Assembly: GCA_965200965.1 (NCBI GenBank)
Contig: OZ241744.1
Span: 3,417,222-3,481,221 of the forward strand
Direction of reading: 5' to 3'
Source of the DNA: an uncultured Candidatus Binatia bacterium
GTDB taxonomy: Bacteria; Desulfobacterota; Binatia; Bin18
Length of the DNA stretch: 64,000 nt
Both the position numbers and the translations under genes were made by a program. The stretch's first letter is position 1. Each line of letters opens with the position of its first letter. The notes beneath the pieces were generated by a model. That model searched no databases and was not told the origin of the DNA. It saw only the letters and a list, made by a program, of their open reading frames with translations. This document shows, in pieces, positions 35,487 to 46,384 of this stretch.

Positions 35487-35804
35487 ATGAACATCATGAA
35501 CGAAAAGATCCGGATCCGCTTAAAAGCGTACGATCACCGTGTCTTGGACCAGTCTGTCAAAGAGATTGTCGAGACGGTGAAGCGGACCGGGGGGAGGGTA
35601 GCCGGCCCCATTCCTCTACCGACACATACAGAGCGCTTCACAGTAAACCGCTCTCCGCATGTGGATAAAAAGTCGCGTGAACAATTTGAAATCCGGACCC
35701 ATAAACGCCTCTTGGATATCCTTGATCCTACCCAGCAGACGATTGATGCGCTGGGAAAACTTGAACTAGCCGCCGGCGTTGATGTGGAAATCAAGCTTGA
35801 GTAA
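35487..35804 (+). CDS. rpsJ: 30S ribosomal protein S10
   Basis: Translation reads [17 protein letters not shown]...[20 protein letters not shown]. An alternative ATG lies at 35496. Confidence 0.95.
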   Translation: MNIMNEKIRIRLKAYDHRVLDQSVKEIVETVKRTGGRVAGPIPLPTHTERFTVNRSPHVDKKSREQFEIRTHKRLLDILDPTQQTIDALGKLELAAGVDVEIKLE

Positions 35805-35813
35805 GGAAGTGCT

Positions 35814-36446
35814 ATGAATGGCCTCATCGGCCGCAAACTGGGCATGAGTCAGGTTTTTATAGAACAGGGGACGCTGGTTCCGGTGACTGTTATCCAGACG
35901 GGACCCTGCACGGTCGTCCAAAAGAAAACCGACCAAAAAGACGGCTACACCGCGCTCCAGCTCGGCTTTGGCAGCCGCAAACCTCAGCGGGTGAGCAAAC
36001 CCGTCCTGGGTCACTGCCGCGCCTCCGGGACGGGCCCGTTTGAGGTGTTACGCGAGTTTCGGACTGCTGACGTTGACCAGTACGAAGTCGGACACCAGAT
36101 AACCGCTGAGCAAATTTTTCAGCCTGGGGAACGGATCGTCGTTGTTGGCAAGACAAAGGGGCGAGGTTATACCGGTGTCATAAAACGCCACGGCATGGGT
36201 GGCGCTCCCGCCAGCCATGGCACCCATGAATACTTTCGGCACGGCGGTTCCATTGGGAACTGTGCATATCCGGGCAAAATTTTTAAGGGCAAGGCCATGG
36301 CCGGCCAGTATGGCGACAGTTGTACGACGATCCAGAATCTCCGTATTGTTGACATTCGCCCCCAAGAGCATCTGGTCCTCGTCCACGGGGCCATACCGGG
36401 CGCGCGCGGTGGCATAGTCACGCTCAGCAAAACACACAAGGGATAA
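35814..36446 (+). CDS. rplC: 50S ribosomal protein L3
   Basis: Starts [15 protein letters not shown]. Also contains [16 protein letters not shown]. Confidence 0.95.
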   Translation: MNGLIGRKLGMSQVFIEQGTLVPVTVIQTGPCTVVQKKTDQKDGYTALQLGFGSRKPQRVSKPVLGHCRASGTGPFEVLREFRTADVDQYEVGHQITAEQIFQPGERIVVVGKTKGRGYTGVIKRHGMGGAPASHGTHEYFRHGGSIGNCAYPGKIFKGKAMAGQYGDSCTTIQNLRIVDIRPQEHLVLVHGAIPGARGGIVTLSKTHKG

Positions 36447-36451
36447 GAGCG

Positions 36452-37093
36452 GTGGACGCGCAAGCAGTACGGATTCCGGTGCTCTCTCCTGAGCGCGAGG
36501 CGGTCGGTGAAATCGAACTCCCCTCCGTTGTTGTGTCGCAACCCCCGCGCGAGCATCTCCTGTATGAAGTGGTCAAGATGCAGCGTGCCAATAGGCGGGC
36601 TGGAACAGCCTCTACAAAGACGCGCGGACAAGTCCGCGGCGGAGGGAAAAAGCCGTGGCGCCAGAAAGGGACTGGTCGGGCGAGATCTGGCAGCCGCCGC
36701 TCCCCGTTGTGGGTCGGGGGAGCAACCGTCTTTGGCCCGCAGCCACGCTCGTACGCCTACCGCCTGCCCCGGAGTGCGCGTCGCACCGCCCTGTGTGCCG
36801 CCCTGGCCCACAAACAGCGCGATGGCAACCTGACTGTTGTCAACCAGATCGCCCTGCCCGAACCGAAAACCAGATACATGGTGGAGTTTTTATCCGGCCT
36901 GGAACTCAAAGGCGGCGTCCTGGTCGTGATTGTCGATGCGGATCAGACGCTCGAACGGGCGGCCCGGAATCTGCCCCACGTCAAAGTCTTACGCTGTATT
37001 GGTCTCAATGTGTACGACCTCTTGCGCTATCAGCACTGTCTGTTCACCCAAGCGGCACTTGAGCAGATCAGCCAAAGGCTGACAACACCATGA
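36452..37093 (+). CDS. rplD: 50S ribosomal protein L4
   Basis: GTG start. Contains RGGGKKPWRQKGTGRARSGSRRSPLWVGGATVFGP. Confidence 0.94.
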   Translation: MDAQAVRIPVLSPEREAVGEIELPSVVVSQPPREHLLYEVVKMQRANRRAGTASTKTRGQVRGGGKKPWRQKGTGRARSGSRRSPLWVGGATVFGPQPRSYAYRLPRSARRTALCAALAHKQRDGNLTVVNQIALPEPKTRYMVEFLSGLELKGGVLVVIVDADQTLERAARNLPHVKVLRCIGLNVYDLLRYQHCLFTQAALEQISQRLTTP

Positions 37094-37383
37094 GTCGGAA
37101 TCTCTACACCGTTCTCGCCTCCCCGCTGATTACCGAAAAGGCGACCCTGGTCAATGCACTCGGCAACCAGGCAGTCTTTAAGGTGGACCCTCGGGCTAAC
37201 AAAATCGCGATCAAGAACGCCGTTGAGCAGCTCTTTCAGGTCAAAGTGATCCAAGTGCGAACCATCCAGTATATGGGCAAAAAGCGACGAGTTGGACGCT
37301 CGGTCGGACGCAAACCGGCCTGGAAAAAGGCGTATGTGACCCTGGCCGCCGGGGACACGATTGATTTCTTTGAAGGAGCCTAG
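37090..37383 (+). CDS. rplW: 50S ribosomal protein L23
   Basis: 97 aa (PLITEKAT...[22 protein letters not shown]). Overlaps the rplD stop by 4 nt. Confidence 0.94.
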   Translation: MSRNLYTVLASPLITEKATLVNALGNQAVFKVDPRANKIAIKNAVEQLFQVKVIQVRTIQYMGKKRRVGRSVGRKPAWKKAYVTLAAGDTIDFFEGA

Positions 37384-37386
37384 CCG

Positions 37387-38208
37387 ATGGCGATCCGTGT
37401 TTACAAACCGACCTCACCCGGCCGTCGCTCGCAGAGCGTATCGAGTTCCCGAGAATTGGGCAAAAATTCGCCCGAACGTTCTCTGCTCGCTCCGCTCCAT
37501 AAGCGCGGTGGCCGCAACAACCGCGGTCGTCTCACCAATCTGCACCGGGGCGGCGGCCATAAACGGCGCTATCGGATTATCGACTTCCACCGCGCAAAAG
37601 ATGGCATCCCGGCCACAGTCGCCTCCATTGAATATGATCCCAACCGTTCTGCCCATATCGCTCTGCTCCACTACCGGGACGGCGAGAAACGCTACATTCT
37701 CGCTCCAGTTGGACTCACTGTTGGTAGCCAAGTGATATCCGGAGAGGGGGCCGATATCCAGCCTGGCAATACCCTGTCGCTGCGCAATATCCCGCTTGGA
37801 ACCCTCGTCCATAACATTGAGATGAAGATCGGGGCCGGCGGACAGCTGGCACGCGGGGCGGGCACCTCGGCCCAGTTGATGGCCAAAGAGGGTGACTATA
37901 CGACGCTCAAAATGCCGTCTGGAGAGATGCGGCTGATCCATCAGCGGTGTCGGGCGACCATAGGTCAGATCGGCAATACCGACCACGAAAATGTGAGCTA
38001 TGGAAAAGCCGGGCGTTCACGCTGGTTTGGTATCCGACCGCATGTGCGCGGTATTGCCATGAATCCTATTGATCACCCCCACGGTGGCGGTGAAGGACAG
38101 AGCAAAGGCAACCACCCCCAGAGCCCGTGGGGGGTGTTGGCCAAAGGTCATAAAACCCGCCAGAACCCGCGGACCGATAAGTACATCGTGCAGAAGAGAA
38201 AGAAATAG
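37387..38208 (+). CDS. rplB: 50S ribosomal protein L2
   Basis: Motifs read: [24 protein letters not shown] and [12 protein letters not shown]. Confidence 0.96.
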   Translation: MAIRVYKPTSPGRRSQSVSSSRELGKNSPERSLLAPLHKRGGRNNRGRLTNLHRGGGHKRRYRIIDFHRAKDGIPATVASIEYDPNRSAHIALLHYRDGEKRYILAPVGLTVGSQVISGEGADIQPGNTLSLRNIPLGTLVHNIEMKIGAGGQLARGAGTSAQLMAKEGDYTTLKMPSGEMRLIHQRCRATIGQIGNTDHENVSYGKAGRSRWFGIRPHVRGIAMNPIDHPHGGGEGQSKGNHPQSPWGVLAKGHKTRQNPRTDKYIVQKRKK

Positions 38209-38211
38209 CTT

Positions 38212-38493
38212 ATGCCACGCTCGGTGAAAAAAGGTCCCTTTGTGGATGACCACCTGATGAAAAAGGTGCAGGCCGTACTGGACAGCGGAGACCGGAAGGT
38301 TATTCGGACTTGGTCTCGGCGTTCAACCATCATTCCAGAGATGATCGGCTGTACCTTTGCCGTCCATAACGGTCGCCGGTTTATCCCGGTCTATGTCACT
38401 GAAAATATGGTCGGTCATAAGTTCGGTGAATTTTCTCCGACCCGCACATTTTATGGCCATGCTGGTGACCGAAAAGGCGAGAGAAGGCGATAG
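38212..38493 (+). CDS. rpsS: 30S ribosomal protein S19
   Basis: Starts [15 protein letters not shown]. Also contains [27 protein letters not shown]. Confidence 0.96.
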   Translation: MPRSVKKGPFVDDHLMKKVQAVLDSGDRKVIRTWSRRSTIIPEMIGCTFAVHNGRRFIPVYVTENMVGHKFGEFSPTRTFYGHAGDRKGERRR

Positions 38494-38506
38494 CTAGGGA
38501 CCCGCT

Positions 38507-38842
38507 ATGGAAACAAAAGCCATCGCCCGCCAAGTGCGGATGTCCGCCCGCAAAGCCCGCTTGGTTGCCGACCTGATCCGCGGCAAACGGGTTGAAGAAG
38601 CACTGCTCGTTTTGCGTTTCACCCCTAAGAAGGCGGCCAGCATTCTGGCCAAGACTCTCCGTTCCGCTATTGCCAACGCCACCGATACCCAAAACGTTGA
38701 TCCTGACGACTTGTACGTCAAACGGGTCTACATAGACGGCGGCGCTACGCTGAAACGTTTTCGGCCACGGGCCCATGGGCGGGCCACACCGATTCGGAAA
38801 CGCACCAGCCACTTCACGGTTGTTGTTGACGAAGGAAAATAA
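38507..38842 (+). CDS. rplV: 50S ribosomal protein L22
   Basis: Translation reads [34 protein letters not shown]. Confidence 0.95.
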   Translation: METKAIARQVRMSARKARLVADLIRGKRVEEALLVLRFTPKKAASILAKTLRSAIANATDTQNVDPDDLYVKRVYIDGGATLKRFRPRAHGRATPIRKRTSHFTVVVDEGK

Positions 38843-38851
38843 GAGAAACGC

Positions 38852-39514
38852 ATGGGCCAGAAAGTTCACCCCAAAGGATTTCGTCTTGGCGTGCTGGAGA
38901 GTTGGGAATCCCGCTGGTTTGCCGAGAAAGAATACGCCGACCTGTTGCACGAAGACCTCCGCCTCCGGTCCTTTATCAAGAAGCGTCTCTACCACGCAGG
39001 TCTGGCCAAGATTGAGATCGAACGGGCGGCCAATAAAGCCAAAATCAATATCTATACCTCGCGGCCGGGTATCGTGATCGGTAAAAAAGGGGCCGAGATT
39101 GATAAGCTCAAGTCGGAGTTGTCGGGTTTGACCGAGCGCGAGGTCTATCTCAATATCCACGAAGTGCGCCGGCCCGATCTCGACGGTCAGCTCGTAGCTG
39201 AAAACGTGGCACTCCAACTCGAGCGCCGGGTCGCGTTCCGTCGGGCGATGAAAGAGAGCGTTGCGCGGACGATCCGGATGGGTGCCCAGGGAGTCAAGGT
39301 TCGGTGTTCGGGTCGGCTGGCCGGGGCGGAAATTGCTCGGACCGAATGGTACCGGGAGGGCCGCGTTCCCCTCCATACCCTGCGGGCCGATATCAGCTAT
39401 GGCACGGCAGAAGCCAAGACGACATACGGGATTATTGGGGTCAAGGTGTGGATTTTTCGCGGAGAGGTCCTCACCCGTGAAGAGGAGCAGCAACGCAACG
39501 CGGTGGGTGCCTGA
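38852..39514 (+). CDS. rpsC: 30S ribosomal protein S3
   Basis: Starts [13 protein letters not shown]. Also contains [28 protein letters not shown]. Confidence 0.96.
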   Translation: MGQKVHPKGFRLGVLESWESRWFAEKEYADLLHEDLRLRSFIKKRLYHAGLAKIEIERAANKAKINIYTSRPGIVIGKKGAEIDKLKSELSGLTEREVYLNIHEVRRPDLDGQLVAENVALQLERRVAFRRAMKESVARTIRMGAQGVKVRCSGRLAGAEIARTEWYREGRVPLHTLRADISYGTAEAKTTYGIIGVKVWIFRGEVLTREEEQQRNAVGA

Positions 39515-39547
39515 AGCGATTCGGCCGAGGAAGAAGAGATTTGCTCA

Positions 39548-39976
39548 ATGCTTGCTCCCAAAAAAGTCCGATATCGGAAACACCACCGGGGAAAGATGCG
39601 CGGTACCGCAGGGCGCGGCAACTCCCTGGCTTTCGGAGAATACGGCTTACAATCAACCGAACTGGGCTGGATCACCGCCCGCGAAATTGAGGCGGCCCGG
39701 ATTGCGCTTACCCGCCATGCCCGACGTGGCGGGCAAATCTGGATCAGGGTCTTTCCCCACAAACCAGTAAGCAAAAAGCCCGCCGAAACCCGGATGGGAA
39801 AAGGCAAGGGCGGCCCGGAGTTCTGGGTTGCGGTGGTCAAGCCCGGCCATATGATATTTGAGATGGAAGGGGTGCCTGAAGAGCTTGCCCGCGAAGCCCT
39901 GCGGCTCGCCTCGCACAAGCTGTCGGTCGGCACCCAAATTCGAGACCGGAGTGAGACCCCCTATGCGAGCCAGTGA
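39548..39976 (+). CDS. rplP: 50S ribosomal protein L16
   Basis: Starts [19 protein letters not shown]. Also contains [19 protein letters not shown]. Confidence 0.96.
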   Translation: MLAPKKVRYRKHHRGKMRGTAGRGNSLAFGEYGLQSTELGWITAREIEAARIALTRHARRGGQIWIRVFPHKPVSKKPAETRMGKGKGGPEFWVAVVKPGHMIFEMEGVPEELAREALRLASHKLSVGTQIRDRSETPYASQ

Positions 39977-40175
39977 GATACGGGACTTCACAGAAGACGA
40001 GGCCCGCCAAAAAGAGCGCGAGCTGTCCGAAGAACTTTTCCGGCTCCGTATGCGAAAAGGGACCGGCCAGGTTGATAACCCTATGCAGATACGCAAATTC
40101 CGCCGCGACTTGGCCCGGCTGAAAACCATTCAACACGAACGCGCGCGCGCTCAGGCCGGGCCGGCGGAAGAGTAG
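39963..40175 (+). CDS. rpmC: 50S ribosomal protein L29
   Basis: 70 aa ([30 protein letters not shown]). The internal ATG at 39963 overlaps the end of rplP. Confidence 0.9.
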   Translation: MRASEIRDFTEDEARQKERELSEELFRLRMRKGTGQVDNPMQIRKFRRDLARLKTIQHERARAQAGPAEE

Positions 40176-40182
40176 GCAAACC

Positions 40183-40440
40183 GTGGCTGGACATAGAAAA
40201 ACACGCCAAGGAACCGTCGTCAGCGATAAGATGGACAAGACCGTCGTCGTGCGGGTAGAGCGCTTGGTGCAACACCCCATGTACCGCAAATACGTCCGTC
40301 AGCGAAAAAAATATAAAGTGCATGACCCTGAGAACCGTTGTCGCTTTGGAGATCAGGTTTCCATTATTGAAACACGGCCGCTGAGCAGAGAGAAAAACTG
40401 GCGGGTTCAGACAATTCTCAGACCGGCAAAGGTGGATTGA
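40183..40440 (+). CDS. rpsQ: 30S ribosomal protein S17
   Basis: GTG start. Translation reads [31 protein letters not shown]...HDPEN. Confidence 0.94.
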   Translation: MAGHRKTRQGTVVSDKMDKTVVVRVERLVQHPMYRKYVRQRKKYKVHDPENRCRFGDQVSIIETRPLSREKNWRVQTILRPAKVD

Positions 40441-40458
40441 GGGATAAAGGAGTCCGGG

Positions 40459-40827
40459 ATGGTCCAGGTTGAAACCGTGCTTGATGTCGCCGATAACTCC
40501 GGCGCTCGTGCGGTCCGCTGTATCCGTGTCCTGGGCGGAACGCGGCGGCGCTACGCCTCTGTTGGTGATGAGATCATCGTTTCGGTGCGCGAGGCACAGC
40601 CCAACACCAAGGTCAAAAAGGGCGATATCATGCGCGCCGTCATTGTCAGGACAGCTAAGGAAATTGGGCGGCCAGACGGATCGTATATCCGCTTTGATAC
40701 AAACTCGGCGGTGTTGCTTGACAACCAACGTGAGCCGATTGGGACGCGTATTTTTGGGCCGGTCGCTCGGGAACTGCGCGCCAAGCGTTTTATGAAAATC
40801 ATTTCGCTGGCCCCCGAGGTGCTCTAA
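40459..40827 (+). CDS. rplN: 50S ribosomal protein L14
   Basis: Starts [17 protein letters not shown] and ends [10 protein letters not shown]. Confidence 0.96.
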   Translation: MVQVETVLDVADNSGARAVRCIRVLGGTRRRYASVGDEIIVSVREAQPNTKVKKGDIMRAVIVRTAKEIGRPDGSYIRFDTNSAVLLDNQREPIGTRIFGPVARELRAKRFMKIISLAPEVL

Positions 40828-40848
40828 GACGCACCCGAGAAGACACAC

Positions 40849-41388
40849 ATGGCACGCCTCAAAGACCTCTATCGCAACCAAGTGTTGTCTGCCCTCAAGC
40901 AAGAGTTGGGCTATCGCAATATCATGCAAGTCCCGCAGTTGAAAAAGATCGCCCTCAATATGGGTTTGGGAGACGCCGTCCAGAACGCCAAGCTGATCGA
41001 AAGCGGGGTGGCCGAGTTGAGCCTGATTGCCGGCCAGAAGCCGGTGGTGACAAAGGCCCATAAATCTATCGCCAATTTTAAACTGCGCGAGGGTACGCCT
41101 ATTGGCTGTGCGGTGACCTTGCGTGGCGAGATGATGTACGAATTTTTTGACCGCCTCGTCAATGTCGCCCTGCCCCGGGTACGGGACTTTCGTGGCGTTT
41201 CTGACCGCGCTTTTGATGGGCGCGGCAACTACTCGCTGGGGATCCGGGAGCATACTATTTTTCCTGAGATTAATCTGGATAAGGTTGAACAGGTCAAAGG
41301 CTTGACCGTCACCATGGTTACCTCGGCCCAGACCGACGCAGAGGGGCGTGCCCTGTTGCGGACCATGGGGATGCCCTTTCGGAGTTAA
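40849..41388 (+). CDS. rplE: 50S ribosomal protein L5
   Basis: Starts [12 protein letters not shown] and contains [18 protein letters not shown]. It starts 21 nt after rplN, so there is no rplX between them. Confidence 0.95.
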   Translation: MARLKDLYRNQVLSALKQELGYRNIMQVPQLKKIALNMGLGDAVQNAKLIESGVAELSLIAGQKPVVTKAHKSIANFKLREGTPIGCAVTLRGEMMYEFFDRLVNVALPRVRDFRGVSDRAFDGRGNYSLGIREHTIFPEINLDKVEQVKGLTVTMVTSAQTDAEGRALLRTMGMPFRS

Positions 41389-41389
41389 T

Positions 41390-41575
41390 ATGGCGCGTAC
41401 ATGTCTGCGGATAAAAGCTGAACGCAAACCACGATTCAAGGTCCGCCAGTACAACCGCTGTCCCTTATGTGGACGCTCGCGCGGTTTTTATCGGCGCTTT
41501 CAGATGTGCCGCCTATGTCTGCGGGATCTGGCGCTGATAGGACAGATCCCTGGACTGACCAAGGCCAGTTGGTAG
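41390..41575 (+). CDS. rpsN: 30S ribosomal protein S14, zinc-binding short (type Z) form
   Basis: 61 aa with CPLCGR...CRLC. Confidence 0.93.
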   Translation: MARTCLRIKAERKPRFKVRQYNRCPLCGRSRGFYRRFQMCRLCLRDLALIGQIPGLTKASW

Positions 41576-41583
41576 AGGAAGGT

Positions 41584-41979
41584 ATGATCGCAGACCCGAT
41601 TGCAGACATGTTGACCTGTATGCGGAACGCGCTGCATGCACGCAAAGAGCGTGTGGATTTTCCTTGGTCGCACATCAAGGAGGCGATCGCGGCGGTGATG
41701 AAGCAGGAAGGCTATATTACCGACATGAGCACTGTCCAAGACGGTCCCCGCCGGATATTGCGGGTTCAGCTCAAATACGACGCGGGCAGTCGTCCGGCCT
41801 TGCTCGGACTGCAGCGCGTGAGTAAACCGAGCCTGCGCAAATACGTTGGAGCGGGCGAGATTGCTCTGGTGCGCAACGGCCTTGGGGTCAGTATTCTCTC
41901 GACCTCACATGGCGTACTTGTCGATCGTGAGGCGCGCAAACGGCACCTTGGCGGGGAGATCTTGTGCAGTCTGTGGTAA
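41584..41979 (+). CDS. rpsH: 30S ribosomal protein S8
   Basis: Starts MIADPIADMLTCMRNAL and ends GGEILCSLW. Confidence 0.95.
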   Translation: MIADPIADMLTCMRNALHARKERVDFPWSHIKEAIAAVMKQEGYITDMSTVQDGPRRILRVQLKYDAGSRPALLGLQRVSKPSLRKYVGAGEIALVRNGLGVSILSTSHGVLVDREARKRHLGGEILCSLW

Positions 41980-41998
41980 AGCGGAAGAGAGGAGCGTC

Positions 41999-42547
41999 AT
42001 GCCGGGTATTGGACGTTGGCCCGTGCCTGTTCCGGACTCAGTAAGAGTGTATGAACACGCTGGAACTGTGACTGCCGAAGGCCCAAAAGGTAAACTGGAC
42101 TTCAGCGTTGACCCCTGCCTGTCTGTCCAGATCACGCCGGGACAGGTGACGATAAGGCGTCAGGACGACTCCCGCAAAGCCAAAGCCCTGCATGGTCTGA
42201 CGCGGAAGTTGATTGCTAATATGGTCCAGGGCGTGAGCAGCGGGTTTTCGCGTATGCTCGAGGTCAACGGCGTAGGGTATCGGGCCGAGAGCACGGACGA
42301 TAGCATCGCCTTCACCCTTGGCTATTCTCACCCCATTATCTTTCAGCTGCCCCCGGGTATTCGGGCCAAGATTGAGCGACAGACCGAGATCACACTTGAA
42401 GGGATTGATAAACAACTGTTGGGCGAGGTCGCGGCCGCCATTCGCCGCCTCCGTCCGCCCGAACCGTATAAAGGCAAAGGCATCAAATACGCAGAAGAGC
42501 GAATTCGGAGAAAAGCCGGCAAAACTGCCGCCGGAGGAGCGCAATAG
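41999..42547 (+). CDS. rplF: 50S ribosomal protein L6
   Basis: Translation reads GIGRWPVPVPDSVRV...GPKGKLDF...PEPYKGKGIKYAEE. Confidence 0.94.
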   Translation: MPGIGRWPVPVPDSVRVYEHAGTVTAEGPKGKLDFSVDPCLSVQITPGQVTIRRQDDSRKAKALHGLTRKLIANMVQGVSSGFSRMLEVNGVGYRAESTDDSIAFTLGYSHPIIFQLPPGIRAKIERQTEITLEGIDKQLLGEVAAAIRRLRPPEPYKGKGIKYAEERIRRKAGKTAAGGAQ

Positions 42548-42551
42548 GACG

Positions 42552-42917
42552 ATGGCGCGGACACATATCCGGGAACACGGCAGACTGATCCGGAAAAAGC
42601 GGGTTCGTCGAGGCGTGCGAGGAACAGACAAGCGTCCTCGTTTGAGCGTCTACCGGAGCAGCAAACACCTGTATGTCCAGGTGATTTCCGACCAGAGTGG
42701 GCACACCCTGCTAGCCGCCTCAACCCTGTCGAAGGAGTTTGACCAAACCAGGAAAGCCGCCGACATTGATGCGGCCAAGGAAGTTGGGATGCTGATTGCC
42801 CGCAAGTGCCACGAACGGGGTATTGAACGCGTTGTTTTTGACCGCAACGGCTTTCGGTACCACGGACGAATTCGGGCGGTTGCCGAAGCCGCCCGCGAGG
42901 CTGGATTGCAATTCTAA
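42552..42917 (+). CDS. rplR: 50S ribosomal protein L18
   Basis: Translation reads [26 protein letters not shown]...[11 protein letters not shown]. Confidence 0.94.
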   Translation: MARTHIREHGRLIRKKRVRRGVRGTDKRPRLSVYRSSKHLYVQVISDQSGHTLLAASTLSKEFDQTRKAADIDAAKEVGMLIARKCHERGIERVVFDRNGFRYHGRIRAVAEAAREAGLQF

Positions 42918-42927
42918 GGAGCAGAGT

Positions 42928-43449
42928 GTGACTCCCGCTGATGAACGAATCAATGCCGATAAACTCGATATTAAAGAGCGTGTTGTCCATATCAACCGGG
43001 TCAGCAAGGTGGTCAAAGGAGGGCGGCGCTTCAGCTTCAGCGCGGTTGTCGTGGCTGGGGACGGAGAGGGTCATGTCGGCTATGGACTCGGAAAGGCGCA
43101 TGAAGTTCCGGAAGCCATTCGCAAAGGGGTGGAAAAGGCAAAAAAAGCGTTGATTCATGTGCCGCTCATTGAGGGAACGCTGCCCTGCGAGGTGATTGGC
43201 CGACACGGAGCCGGACGGGTCCTGTTGAAACCGGCTTCACCGGGGACCGGCCTGATCGCCGGCGGTGGAGTCCGAGCTGTCATGGAACTGGCCGGGGTGC
43301 GCAACGCGCTCACAAAATGCCTGGGCTCCACTAACTCTCACAACTCGGTCCGGGCTACCCTGGAAGCGTTGCGTAGTCTGGCCCTGCCCGAACAGGTTGC
43401 CGAACGTCTGGGAAAGAGCGTTAGGGAATTACAGGGCGAAGTGTTATGA
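42928..43449 (+). CDS. rpsE: 30S ribosomal protein S5
   Basis: GTG at 42928 is preceded by AAGGAG. Translation reads [36 protein letters not shown]. Confidence 0.93.
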   Translation: MTPADERINADKLDIKERVVHINRVSKVVKGGRRFSFSAVVVAGDGEGHVGYGLGKAHEVPEAIRKGVEKAKKALIHVPLIEGTLPCEVIGRHGAGRVLLKPASPGTGLIAGGGVRAVMELAGVRNALTKCLGSTNSHNSVRATLEALRSLALPEQVAERLGKSVRELQGEVL

Positions 43450-43643
43450 GTGAAACACCGGCCGTGCTGGAAATTACGCTCAAGCGGAGCGGGATCGGTC
43501 GCACCCGTCGCCAACGTGAGACGCTGCGTGGTCTTGGCCTGACTCGCCGAGAAAAGACCGTAGTACGCAACAATTCACCCTCACTGCAGGGCATGATTCG
43601 AAAGGTCCATCATCTTATTGAGGTACGGGCGCATGGATCTTAG
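43446..43643 (+). CDS. rpmD: 50S ribosomal protein L30
   Basis: 65 aa ([25 protein letters not shown]). Confidence 0.92.
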   Translation: MSETPAVLEITLKRSGIGRTRRQRETLRGLGLTRREKTVVRNNSPSLQGMIRKVHHLIEVRAHGS

Positions 43644-44070
43644 TCATCTCAAACCGGCCGCCGGGTCAACAAAAAACCGCAAACGGATCGGCCGTGGGCC
43701 CGGCTCGGGTCAGGGCAAGACCGCTGGGCGGGGCCATAAGGGCGAGGGCTCGCGCTCCGGGGCCACGCTGTCGCCCGGCTATGAGGGCGGTCAAATGCCG
43801 CTTGCTCGACGCCTGCCCAAGCGTGGGTTTCATAACCCGTTTCGGACCGAGTATCAGGTCGTCAACCTGCGGAGTCTCGAACGTTTTGAGGCGGGAACGC
43901 GCGTTGACGCCGAGGTGCTGCGCCGGTCGGGCTTGGTTCGGGGCAAGAAAAAGATCAAAATCTTGGCAAACGGCGAGCTCGCCAAAGCGTTGACCGTTAG
44001 AGCCGACGCCTTTAGCCGACAGGCGCGGGAGAAAATCACCGCTGCCGGAGGAGTGGCTGAGGTCGGATAA
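43633..44070 (+). CDS. rplO: 50S ribosomal protein L15
   Basis: Translation reads [37 protein letters not shown]. Confidence 0.94.
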   Translation: MDLSHLKPAAGSTKNRKRIGRGPGSGQGKTAGRGHKGEGSRSGATLSPGYEGGQMPLARRLPKRGFHNPFRTEYQVVNLRSLERFEAGTRVDAEVLRRSGLVRGKKKIKILANGELAKALTVRADAFSRQAREKITAAGGVAEVG

Positions 44071-44072
44071 TC

Positions 44073-45383
44073 ATGCTCGAAGGTTTTCAAAACGCTGCCA
44101 AAATTGCAGAACTGCGCCGCCGCCTGTTTTTCACCCTGGGCATGTTGGCGGTGTACCGCATTGGTGTGGCTATCCCCACGCCGGGCATTGACGGAGAAGC
44201 GCTGGCCACCTTTTTTGAACAAGCGGCGAGCAGCGTCTTTGGTCTGGTCAATCTCTTCTCCGGCGGAGCCCTGGAGCGCTTTTCAATCTTTGCGCTGGGC
44301 ATTATGCCCTACATCAGCGCTTCCATCATCCTGCAACTCCTGACCGTCGTAGTTCCAACCCTCGAACGCCTGTCCAAGGAGGGTGAGCTGGGCCGACGAA
44401 AAATCACCCAGTACACGCGCTACAGTACAGTTGGGCTGTCGCTGCTGCAAAGCTTTTTCATCAGCGTCGGCCTGGAGCAGATCCAGGCTCCGGGCGGCAG
44501 TTCGGTGGTATTTGAGCCCGGTTGGGGGTTCCGCATCATGGCCATGATTACTCTCACCGCTGGCACGGCTTTTATCATGTGGTTGGGCGAGCAGATTACC
44601 GAGCGGGGCATTGGCAACGGTATCTCCCTGGTCATTTTTGCCGGTATCGTGGCCAGTATTCCCTCAGCGGTGACCGCGACCACCGAATTTGTACGCGAGG
44701 GCGAACTGGGTATTCTGACCGTGGTCCTGCTGCTGGTGGGCATGGTGGCCATCGTTGGGGCGGTGATCTTCATGGAACGCTCCCAGCGTCGCATCCCGGT
44801 TCAGTACGCAAAACGGATGGTCGGGCGAAAGGTTTACGGTGGTCAGAGTTCGCATTTGCCGCTGAAGATCAATACCGCTGGGGTCATTCCGCCGATTTTC
44901 GCCTCTTCTGTTCTCATCTTTCCGGTGACCATAGCCGGATTCTCCGAGCATCCGTGGGCGCAAACCGTGGCTGATATCCTGGCTCCGGGGAGCGCGCTCT
45001 ACAATCTGGCGTATGTCGCCATGATTATCTTCTTCTGTTATTTTTATACCGCGGTGGTCTTTAACCCCACCGATGTTGCCGACAACATGAAGAAATATGG
45101 GGGGTTTATCCCTGGTATTCGACCGGGCCAGCGGACGGCCGAGTACATTGACCGGGTGCTGAGTCGCATCACCCTTAGCGGCGCAATCTATGTGGCCATT
45201 ATTTGCGTGATTCCCAATCTGCTGATCAGTTCCTTTAACGTGCCCTTCTTCTTTGGCGGCACAGCGCTGCTGATTGTCGTTGGTGTTGCCCTCGATACGG
45301 TGGGCCAGATGGAAACCCAGATCATGATGCGGAACTATGACGGGTTTATGAAACGGGGCCGCATTCGGGGCCGAAGAGGATAG
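44073..45383 (+). CDS. secY: Preprotein translocase subunit SecY
   Basis: 436 aa and 10 TM segments (LGIMPYISASIILQLL, GEQITERGIGNGISL). Confidence 0.96.
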   Translation: MLEGFQNAAKIAELRRRLFFTLGMLAVYRIGVAIPTPGIDGEALATFFEQAASSVFGLVNLFSGGALERFSIFALGIMPYISASIILQLLTVVVPTLERLSKEGELGRRKITQYTRYSTVGLSLLQSFFISVGLEQIQAPGGSSVVFEPGWGFRIMAMITLTAGTAFIMWLGEQITERGIGNGISLVIFAGIVASIPSAVTATTEFVREGELGILTVVLLLVGMVAIVGAVIFMERSQRRIPVQYAKRMVGRKVYGGQSSHLPLKINTAGVIPPIFASSVLIFPVTIAGFSEHPWAQTVADILAPGSALYNLAYVAMIIFFCYFYTAVVFNPTDVADNMKKYGGFIPGIRPGQRTAEYIDRVLSRITLSGAIYVAIICVIPNLLISSFNVPFFFGGTALLIVVGVALDTVGQMETQIMMRNYDGFMKRGRIRGRRG

Positions 45384-45404
45384 GCACGGTCCGCACCCCC
45401 CATT

Positions 45405-46172
45405 ATGATCTTCCTCAAGTCGCCACACGAAATCGCACTCATGCGCAAAGCCAACCGGATCGTGAGCGAGGTCCTGGCGGAGTTACGGGAAGAGGTGCGG
45501 CCCGGCGTCTCCACAGGCGACCTCGATCGCCGGGCCGCGGAGTTGATTCGGAAAAAGGGGGTGCGGTCCGCCTTCAAAGGCTATACCATGCGGAACGGAG
45601 CCGTGCCGTTTCCGGCCACGATCTGCGTGTCGATAAACGACGAGGTGGTGCATGGGATTCCGCAGAACACCCGGATCATCCACGACGGCGACTTGGTGAG
45701 TCTTGACTTTGGCGTCATCTTTGAGGAGTTTTATGGGGACGCTGCTATCTCCTTCGTGCTTGGCTCCGGCCAGGAGCGGGTCCACAAACTCCTGACCACA
45801 ACGGCCGAGTCGCTTGAAGCAGGCATCGCCCAGGCCCAGGTCGGCAACCGGCTCGGCGATGTGTCAGCCGCAATCCAGGAGCGCGTTGAACGGGCGGACT
45901 TTTCCATTGTGCGTGAGTTTGTCGGCCACGGTGTAGGGCGACGCCTGCATGAGGACCCTGCCGTGCCCAACTATGGCCCAAGAAATCGCGGGGTTCGTCT
46001 CCGCGAGGGCATGGTTCTGGCCATTGAACCTATGGTCACGATGGGACGGGCGGAGGTTACGATGAAAGACGACGGCTGGACTGCGGTGACACAAGACGGC
46101 AGCTTGTCGGCTCATGTTGAGCACTCGATTGCAATTACCGAGCGTGGGCCACAGGTCCTGAGCCAACTCTAA
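45405..46172 (+). CDS. map: Type I methionine aminopeptidase
   Basis: Motifs read: KSPHEIALMRKANRIV, GDLVSLDFG, GHGVGRRLHE, and EHSIAIT. Confidence 0.94.
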   Translation: MIFLKSPHEIALMRKANRIVSEVLAELREEVRPGVSTGDLDRRAAELIRKKGVRSAFKGYTMRNGAVPFPATICVSINDEVVHGIPQNTRIIHDGDLVSLDFGVIFEEFYGDAAISFVLGSGQERVHKLLTTTAESLEAGIAQAQVGNRLGDVSAAIQERVERADFSIVREFVGHGVGRRLHEDPAVPNYGPRNRGVRLREGMVLAIEPMVTMGRAEVTMKDDGWTAVTQDGSLSAHVEHSIAITERGPQVLSQL

Positions 46173-46180
46173 GATCGTCA

Positions 46181-46227
46181 AGGTGAATCATCTTGCCTTC
46201 CTCTCGACCGGCTAAGATGATTCACCT
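46181..46227 (+). other. Perfect 14-bp inverted repeat (aggtgaatcatctt / aagatgattcacct) with a 19-nt loop, between map and rpmJ
   Basis: Read directly. The right arm ends 4 nt before the GGAGGAGG that precedes the rpmJ ATG. There is no U-tract. Confidence 0.6.
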
Positions 46228-46244
46228 GTAGGGAGGAGGCGTGT

Positions 46245-46358
46245 ATGAAGGTTCGGGCCTCAGTCAAAAAGATGTGTCGGAAGTGCAAGCTGATTCGCCG
46301 CTTTGGAAAAGTGCGCGTTATTTGTGAGAATCCGCGCCACAAACAACACCAGGGCTAG
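46245..46358 (+). CDS. rpmJ: 50S ribosomal protein L36
   Basis: 37-aa ORF not in the track (below its size cut-off): [38 protein letters not shown] strong SD precedes it. Confidence 0.93.
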   Translation: MKVRASVKKMCRKCKLIRRFGKVRVICENPRHKQHQG

Positions 46359-46384
46359 CACCGGCGAGGACAGGGAGAAGAACT

